Of a stretch of 64,000 bases of DNA, positions 60,327-64,000 are shown in pieces. How positions within the stretch are numbered: the stretch's first letter is position 1; each line of letters opens with the position of its first letter. The notes under the pieces were generated by a model that saw nothing but the letters and a program-made list of their open reading frames with translations, searched no databases and had not been told where the DNA came from. The DNA is taken from contig OZ237760.1 in NCBI GenBank assembly GCA_965178125.1, forward strand, positions 496,001 to 560,000, in the 5' to 3' direction. The position numbers were made by a program, and so were the translations under genes. Source of the stretch: Bilabrum cf. latius (taxonomy: Eukaryota).

Positions 60327-62175
60327 TTATCTCTTCCGTGAACCCTTGGCCGCGCCCGCCCACTGCCTTGAAAACCCGTACGCCACCACCCCCAGCGATG
60401 CCACCACGGCCACGCCCCCGAGGATGCCTCGGAACAGCTCCCCGCGCTTCCTATCAACCGCCTCTGCCCTCTCCCTCGCCCTGTCCAAATCGATCCCCGC
60501 CTCAAAGGCCTCCACCTCAACCACATCTCGCGCCGCAGACTCCTCCGCGAACGCATTTCTGTCGGCGTGCTGGGCCGTTGCGACCGCTCTCTCGGCCGGA
60601 TTCAGCATGAAGTCAGCTGCCCTGGCGTAGTGGCGCAGCAATGCAGCGTAATCAGGCTCCAGATCCGTGGAACCGGGCCCGCCAAATCCACTGCCTGTTC
60701 CAGTGGCAGTGGCAGTGCCGGCCAGAGCCAGCTCATACCCCCCGCCCGATGGGCTCCCAGCTTGGGGGGGCGGCGTTCCAGCCGAGGCGCCCCCGTTTGA
60801 TTGTTCCCTGGATTGTTCCCTGGAACAAGCCGCCTTGAGCTGCGCAAGAGTAGGTCCATGGGCAAGGTGCAGCCTGCTGTGAAGGACTGCAAACATGCTG
60901 CGACCGTTTGAATCCGTAGCGCCCGAGGCACCCGATGGTGTTGTTCCTTTATCCCCGCCTGCTTCAAACACCCAGGCCGGTAGGGGCCGTGCAATGCACC
61001 CCAGCACACTGCCTCGCTTTGCTTCTGCCTCCATCAGCTCCTACAGGGCCTCCTGCCCAAGCTCGCTGCCGCTCCCTGCGACGCTGGCACCTGGCACCGA
61101 ACGAGCCGAACCAGCCCCCTCGGCAGCAAGGCCCAGCCCCTCTCTCAAACGCTCTATCTCGTGATCATGCTGCAATCGCTTCTACTTTCCTGCAGAGGAG
61201 ACGTGGTATCCAGCCTGATCTGTCAGGTAGGGCCTGCCCACTGGGTGGAAAGGGGAGGGGCGCTTGGGCGACGATCCGCCAGCTGCACCAGCTGCCTCTT
61301 CCCCCGGCTCTGATTTCGTGACGGATCTCGGGCTGAAGACGGGCAGCACCCCGCCCCGTTCTGCGATTGCGATAGACCTCGTGGCAGCGGCCAGTACCGA
61401 GGGGGGCCCCAGCCTGCTGCGCTGCTGGCACGCTGCTTGCACGAGCCAGCGCATGGGCAGCGTGTGCCTCACTGCGTGAAAGTGGCCGAACAGGAGAGCA
61501 TCCAGGGTGCTGGGGGAGGACCCAAAGGACCATGCCCCCTCTGTGTCGCCAAGCAGCGCAGCAAGCGCTCTGTATGCGACGAGCGTGCGCCTCCTCGCGA
61601 CGCGCTCGCTGGTCCAGCCCCTGGACCTGAGTGCCGCGAGCACGCGCTGCCTTAGTGCGCTTGCCGTGAGTTGGGCTGGAAGCCAGCCCATTTGTCTTCG
61701 GAGGCATGGCAGAGTGTGCTTGCCGTACTCTTCCTCGTCTGCCCACGCTCCGAAGAGCTGCGCATCTCGCAAGTCGTCGAGCACGAGGGAGCTGTACGCC
61801 GTGCAGTTCGACCTATCTCTGTGTCCAAGCTTGGCATCCACGACATTGTGCACCTCATCGCGCACAAGCTCAACGACCGCTCGAGCAGCAGATTCACCAC
61901 TGAACGTTTCGCGGCTCGAACCATCAAAGACAACCGGCAGAGCACCAGAGCCCGACAGCCTCGGCATCGTCACATTATCCACTGTGAAAGCGATCCCTCC
62001 AAACCGAAGCAGAGCCTGCAAATGGAATTCATACAATCCACAGGGAACCAAACAGTGTGCGAAGCCATCAAAATTCTCCAAGAAACGAAAGCAAAACTCC
62101 GTGTGCAGTACCAACATGGCTCACCTCGATAGTATGCTCCTCAAAAAACTGCTAGACATGCACAGCTTCCTACAT
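60327..62175 (-). CDS. Metaxin-like mitochondrial outer-membrane protein (GST-like fold, C-terminal tail anchor); probable exons 62125-62175 and 60327-62015; TAA stop
   Basis: EALLRFGG...SGSGALPVV, AYSSLVLDDLRDAQLFGAW and AYRALAALLGD...FGSSPSTLDALLFGH. C-terminal transmembrane segment GILGGVAVVASLGVVAYGF plus basic tail KGSRKR-TAA. TAG at 61182 read through. Exon 1 model is tentative. Confidence 0.8.
62016..62124 (-). other. Probable spliceosomal intron in metaxin gene (109 bp)
   Basis: GAG|gtgagc...tttgcag|GCT; phase 0. Confidence 0.6.
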
Positions 62176-62351
62176 TCTCAATGAACACCTAATAAGAACT
62201 GGAAATTTACCGCTGAAAGCAGCTATGTCGCTCAAAATGCAGGAATTTTTGTCTGGCCGAAATGCGCGGCGCCGATCGCTGCCTTCTGGTTCCGTAATGC
62301 TGAGCGACAGCAAGCGCGTCGACGGGTCAGCATCTGCGCAGTGAAGCTGCG

Positions 62352-63761
62352 ATGGACGGCGTAGCGACTCTTGAATTGAGCTCTCGAAAACGATCTGATC
62401 TTCGGTTTTCCGTCCAGGAACTCGAAGCAAAGGAGGATGCAGGGTATGTTGACGCAGAGAGCGGTATCAGGCGCAGCGACGAGCCTTGCAAGCCAGAGGG
62501 GCAGGCGCTGCGCAAGAGATCTGGGTGCATCCGCAAGAGTGTTTCGGCTCGGCTGGTTCACGTCGACAAGACCCCGCCTTGGTACAAGGCACGAGACCAC
62601 GTCCTATCTGGGTATCGCATCGGACATAGCCCCCGCGACTGCGTGGTTGGGCTACTTGAGTGGCATGGGGAGACAGTCAACATCTGGACGCATGTAGTAG
62701 CACTGCCAATTACTCTGATTGCGATCATGGACCTGCTGCAGCACCCTTTGGCAGAACAGGTACACCCGTGGGTGAAGGTGGGTGGAGTTTTGTGCTGCTC
62801 CACTGCCGTGAATTTGTTGGCATGGAGCATATTGGCCCACGTGTTCCACTGCCTTTCCCCGTGGCATCAAAACTAGCTTTGGTGTATCGATATTGTGAGC
62901 ATTAAGTTCGTCTGGCTGGCACGGGCAGTCATGGAAATGTACTTTGTACTATTCCACTGGGAGCTCGTGGTGTTGCCAGCTATTCTTCTTGCCGTCGCAT
63001 TTGCCTTTCTGATGCCACTGGCTGTTAACTTTGGCGAGGTGACAAAGAAGCGGCCAAGGCACGAGCTGTTTGCAGTACTGGCTCTGCTCGGGCAACTGCC
63101 CACCATCCTCCACGGCACACTCGCATTCAGGCCAAGGCTCGTAGCAGCTGCCTGTTCCTGCTTGCTCTGGGCTAGCAAAGCAATGGGCGCGATCAGTAGT
63201 CCAGAACACGCCATGGATCGGTAGCTCTCGCCCTGGCTGAGCCCCAGTGCGGCGAATGGGGCCGGGGAGCAGCCCGCAGGGCTTGTAGGGGAAACAGGGG
63301 CTGGGACGGCACACGAAACAAAAAGTACGGTGGTGCACGGTAGGAGTGGAGGTGGTGCATTGGGTGGCGGCACCGCCACGGAAGCCGGCGCAGGACTTTC
63401 TGAGCCGGTGGGCAGCGAGAGCATTGTGTGGCATGTGTACGGCTGGTTCACAGAGCCCACGATGGGGAGGGAGGACTGGCAGCATGTGGCGTAGGTGCTG
63501 GGCCCAGCGGCTGTAGACGGCGTGCAGGGGGTGCACTCCAGGACAGCCGTGCAGTACGCGCTGATTAGCACCGCGATTGGGTTCCTTGCCATGGTGATTT
63601 TTGCCAGCAGAGTGCCCGAGCGATGGTACCCCGGCAGGTTTGACCTGGTGGGGCAGAGTCACAACATCTGGCACGTGCTTGGGGCGCTTAGCCCGCTCGT
63701 GTGGATGTGGTACGTGGCACCGGCTTGCCTGGAGTGGAGGTACGGTGGGGGCGCGGCGTGA
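62352..63761 (+). CDS. PAQR / adiponectin-receptor / hemolysin-III family membrane protein, ~469 aa
   Basis: HVLSGYR, WHGETVNIWTH, SILAHVFHCLS, ID and SRVPERWYPGRFDLVGQSHNIWH. Three in-frame TAGs (62874, 63222, 63492). TGA end. Confidence 0.9.
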
Positions 63762-64000
63762 TGGTGCCAGCGTGATGACTCATGGGGCTTTCAGCATGGA
63801 TGATTGTTGTATGGAAGTATTCGCCGGTGAATACTTAATGCGCGAGAAACTGCCTTGCGTCTGCTTCGTTTTCGCTACGTATCGCAGGCCGCTGGCGATG
63901 TCTTGAGTGTGCCCCGGTTCCGCCCGGCCGTGGCAACTTGGGCTTCCGTCTAGCAGAGACCGTCCGCATCTCGCGATCAAGGACGCGCAACAGCGCGCGT

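Noticed and set aside
273-63761. Mass pseudogenisation or RIP-like C-to-T mutation as the cause of internal stops
   Set aside because: Only TAG occurs internally. Deamination would also create TAA (from CAA) and TGA (from CGA). There are no frameshifts beyond clean GT-AG introns, and the motifs of housekeeping genes are intact.
273-63761. Ciliate-type code (TAA and TAG both Gln)
   Set aside because: I found no in-frame internal TAA in any gene, and TAA terminates metaxin (60327) and the gene ending at 8117.
1-64000. tRNA (including a suppressor tRNA-Gln CUA), rRNA, transposon or endogenous virophage/viral sequence
   Set aside because: I recognised no cloverleaf, rRNA, transposase/integrase/RT or capsid signatures, terminal repeats or large low-GC island. 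The window is almost fully tiled by host genes.

Overview
This is gene-dense, GC-rich eukaryotic nuclear DNA from a flagellated protist. Its style (few short GT-AG introns, Ala/Gly-rich insertions, axonemal genes) resembles bicosoecid stramenopiles such as Cafeteria, but the taxonomy is inference only. The main result is a non-standard nuclear genetic code. All 18 protein genes I could reconstruct are broken by in-frame TAG codons (more than 100 by manual count), and none by an internal TAA or TGA. TAG falls at highly conserved Gln positions (RabGGTase-alpha DQSAW, SF1 helicase QGxE) and inside poly-Gln tracts. The genes end in TGA (16) or TAA (2). So UAG = Gln while UAA and UGA remain stops, a rare decoupling of UAG from UAA. 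Read with that code, the fragmented ORF track collapses into HUS1, a 33-bp-repeat protein, a SHIPPO-repeat protein, CFAP210, a small membrane protein, a VPS9 GEF, a HIRAN-F-box-UvrD (FBH1-like) helicase, cytochrome b561, a galectin-like/RRM protein, RABGGTA, a HELZ/MOV10-like helicase with PAM2, TMEM97, TSNAXIP1, a ~4,850-aa four-domain EEEE Ca2+ channel, a MATE-like transporter, a ~2,070-aa EF-hand protein, metaxin and a PAQR protein. Family assignments come from motif recognition, not database searches.
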